A DNA stretch of 64,000 nt from Candidatus Cloacimonadota bacterium (GTDB taxonomy: Bacteria > Cloacimonadota > Cloacimonadia > G963667145): contig OY762940.1 in the NCBI GenBank assembly GCA_963667255.1, positions 928,001 to 992,000 of the forward strand. Reading direction: 5' to 3'. A model generated the notes under the pieces. The model had not been told where the DNA came from. It saw nothing but the letters and a program-made list of their open reading frames with translations, and made no database searches. A program made the position numbers and the translations under genes. This document shows, piece by piece, positions 59,878 through 64,000 of this stretch (within the stretch, counting starts at the first letter, position 1; every line of letters begins with the position of its first letter).

Positions 59878-59973
59878 CTCGCTCCCAAGCTCCAGCTTGG
59901 GAGCGTATATATTTTGATTAATTAACAGTATGCTTTGTCTCGTATGCATTCCCAAGTAAAACTTGGGAACGAG
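59878..59973. repeat. REPIN-like inverted pair of REP palindromes
   Basis: CTCGCTCCCAAGCTCCAGCTTGGGAGCG ... CATTCCCAAGTAAAACTTGGGAACGAG; same family as the 14.3 kb copies. Confidence 0.8.
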
Positions 59974-60325
59974 TATCGAAAACAAATCATTAATTGCTTA
60001 TTCTTTTCCAATAAACAATTACCACCATTCATTGCCACATAAAAATAAGAAAGCTAATAAATTGTGTTGACGGCAAAACAGGTCGTTTTAAATACGATTC
60101 ACAATTGAGCGAAGTTTTTGAGTCTAAATGCAGGTCTTCAGTTGAGAAAATATTGAATACAAAAATTGAAGACATTGTTTTTTTTGTGCGTTAAAAAATA
60201 GTGAAAATTATATTTGACACGAAAACGCCAAAACCAATTATCGCTCTCGTTGAATTTAGTTACTTGAAAAATTTATAGAAGTGTAGAGTAAACCTAATAA
60301 AGTCAATCAAATCAAACAATTTATT

Positions 60326-61891
<1,566 letters not shown>

Positions 61892-61956
61892 TTTAAAGGA
61901 AAAAAACCAAAAGATTGGCTTCTGGTTTACTCTACATAATTTTTTTAAATCCTAAT

Positions 61957-62033
<77 letters not shown>

Positions 62034-62036
62034 TTT

Positions 62037-62077
62037 ATAATTGATAATTGATAATTGACAATGGATAAATGATAATT
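62037..62077. repeat. Heptamer array (ATAATTG)n, left arm
   Basis: ATAATTG x3 plus degenerate units; inverse of the 62466-62507 array. Confidence 0.8.
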
Positions 62078-62093
62078 TGGGGTTTGGGAAGAT

Positions 62094-62441
62094 ATGAAAG
62101 ATAATATTGTTTATGACAAGGCTTTTCAGTTTGCAAAGCGAATTGTTAGGCTTTATCGGCATCTGACAGCTACCAAAAATGAGTATGTGCTTTCGAAACA
62201 GATTTTAAGAAGCGGTACTTCGATTGGTGCTAATATCAGAGAAAGTCAGAACGCTCAAAGCAAAAAAGATTTCATATCAAAACTGTCAATAGCTCTCAAA
62301 GAGGCTGGAGAAACAGAATACTGGCTGGATTTATTGGCAGATGCTTATTTGACCGAAGATGAAGTTGTTAGTCTCAAAAGTGATTTGATAGAGATAATCA
62401 AACTTCTGACCACAATAGTTAAAAAATCTAAGAGTAATTAG
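62094..62441 (+). CDS. Four-helix-bundle protein (23S rRNA intervening-sequence protein family)
   Basis: QILRSGTSIGANIRE...DFISKLSIALKEAGETEYWL. Confidence 0.9.
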   Translation: MKDNIVYDKAFQFAKRIVRLYRHLTATKNEYVLSKQILRSGTSIGANIRESQNAQSKKDFISKLSIALKEAGETEYWLDLLADAYLTEDEVVSLKSDLIEIIKLLTTIVKKSKSN

Positions 62442-62465
62442 ATGCTTTTTGGTGGTTAGGAGTGG

Positions 62466-62507
62466 TAATTATCAATTATTAATTATAACTTACTAATTGC
62501 AAATTGC
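62466..62507. repeat. Heptamer array (Y)AATTAT, right arm
   Basis: TAATTAT CAATTAT TAATTAT and degenerate units, complementary to the left arm. Confidence 0.75.
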
Positions 62508-62521
62508 TTGCAATTTGCCTT

Positions 62522-62597
<76 letters not shown>

Positions 62598-62890
62598 TTT
62601 TTTTTGTGATGGATGAGCGATTTTGATTGATGAGTAAAAGAATAAATTAATGGCTCAAATTGTTGGGCTAATAATTTGTTTTTATAGTTCTTTTAAGAAG
62701 AAGTTTTATAGAAGTGGTGAGATTATTAAAGAGAATCAAAAATTAAGTAGAAAGGGCATACGGTGAATGCCTTGGCGCAAAAATGGCGAAGAAGGACGTG
62801 GTTTGCTGCGATAAGTCTCGGATAGCTGTAAGCAAGCTTTGACCCGGGAATTTCCGAATGGGGCAACCCAGTCAGGGTTATACCTGACTA

Positions 62891-62973
62891 TCAAGCACCT
62901 ATTTTTTACTCTGATAAGGATTAAAACCTTAAACATAAACAAAAATAGAAACGAGTGAAAAATAGGTGCTTGA
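62891..62973 (+). repeat. 23S IVS-like hairpin, copy 1 (about helix 10)
   Basis: 21-bp stem TCAAGCACCTATTTTTTACTC / GAGTGAAAAATAGGTGCTTGA, 41-nt loop. Confidence 0.9.
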
Positions 62974-63071
62974 GGCATACGCGGTGAATTGAAACATCTA
63001 AGGTAACCGCAGGAAAAGAAAATAAATAATGATTTCCTAAGTAGTGGCGAGCGAACGGGAAAGAGCCTAAA

Positions 63072-63149
63072 CCAAGCACCTATTTTTAATTCTGAGAAGG
63101 AATTGCAAACAGAATAGAGAATAGAAACGAGTTAAAAATAGGTGCTTGG
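63072..63149 (+). repeat. 23S IVS-like hairpin, copy 2 (about helix 15)
   Basis: 21-bp stem CCAAGCACCTATTTTTAATTC / GAGTTAAAAATAGGTGCTTGG, 36-nt loop. Confidence 0.9.
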
Positions 63150-63334
63150 GGTTGCGGGACTGCGATATCGGACTGATAGAGGATAGTCGAACTTAGCTGG
63201 AAAGCTGGAGCGAAGAAGGTGAAACTCCTGTAGACGAAATTCTGTATCTGCTGTAGCAGTATCCCAAGTAGGGCGGGGCACGTGAAACCCTGTCTGAATC
63301 TGCCGGGACCATCCGGTAAGGCTAAATACATTTT

Positions 63335-63382
<48 letters not shown>

Positions 63383-63432
63383 GGAAGGGGAGTGAAATAG
63401 TATCTGAAACCGTATGTTTATAATCAGTCAGA

Positions 63433-63511
63433 CCAAGCACTTATTTTTAACTCTGATAAGGTATAATTAAACAGAGATAAGAATAGAAGCGAGTTAAAAG
63501 TAAGTGCTTGG
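63433..63511 (+). repeat. 23S IVS-like hairpin, copy 3 (about helix 25)
   Basis: 21-bp stem CCAAGCACTTATTTTTAACTC / GAGTTAAAAGTAAGTGCTTGG, 37-nt loop. Confidence 0.9.
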
Positions 63512-64000
63512 AATGGCGTGCCTTTTGTATAATGAGCTAGCGAGTTAATTTTGTCAGCAAGGTTAAATCATAAAGTGATGGAGCCGAAGCGAAAGCGAGT
63601 GTTAATAGCGCGTTTAGTTGGCAGGATTAGACCCGAAACCCGGTGATCTACCTATGGCCAGGTTGAAGTTTGGGTAAAACCAAATGGAGGACCGAACCAA
63701 CTGATGTTGAAAAATCAGTGGATGAGCTGTTGGTAGGGGTGAAAGGCCAATCAAACCGGGCGATATCTGGTTCTCTCCGAAAACTGTTTAGGCAGTGCCT
63801 CTTATTAGAATTGCGGGGGTAGAGCACTAATTAGGATAGGGGGCCTACAAGCCTACCGAACCTTAATAAACTCCGAATACCGTAATTTGATGTAAGGGAG
63901 ACAGTCTGTGGGGGATAAGCTCCATGGGCGAGAGGGAAAGATCCCTAACCGACGATTAAGGTCCCTAAATTTATACTTAGTGAGAAAGGATGTTTTATTG

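Overview
A 64 kb chromosomal window from an anaerobic, low-GC diderm bacterium. The 16S signatures look like Cloacimonadota by eye; this is inference and needs a classifier. Most of the window is housekeeping: a his operon with a HisC-HAD fusion and a DUF89 phosphatase, lptFG, dusB, parAB-M23-bactofilin, an NCS2 permease, rpsU, an OmpR/PhoR-like pair, ltaE-hisD, a cstA-small protein-ArsA-membrane protein cluster, glmM, glyS, topA, pckA, an orphan xanthine-dehydrogenase-family Mo subunit, a Fur-controlled feo operon, valS, mutS2 and xpt. It ends in an rRNA operon (16S, tRNA-Ile, tRNA-Ala, partial 23S). Accessory DNA includes a KAP NTPase split by an intact IS3-family element, a frameshifted Fic remnant, REP/REPIN palindromes, and an AT-rich island with a 22-unit AGTTC microsatellite leader, a LeoBC/LeoA (Eleos-type) dynamin pair and a GIY-YIG nuclease. 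The most striking signal is in the rRNA operon. Three paralogous 78-83 nt hairpin insertions, each with a 21-bp stem and conserved loop motifs, occupy three different variable helices of the 23S gene. A short hairpin with the same terminal sequence sits in 16S. A four-helix-bundle (23S-IVP family) gene flanked by inverted heptamer arrays lies in the spacer between the two tRNAs.
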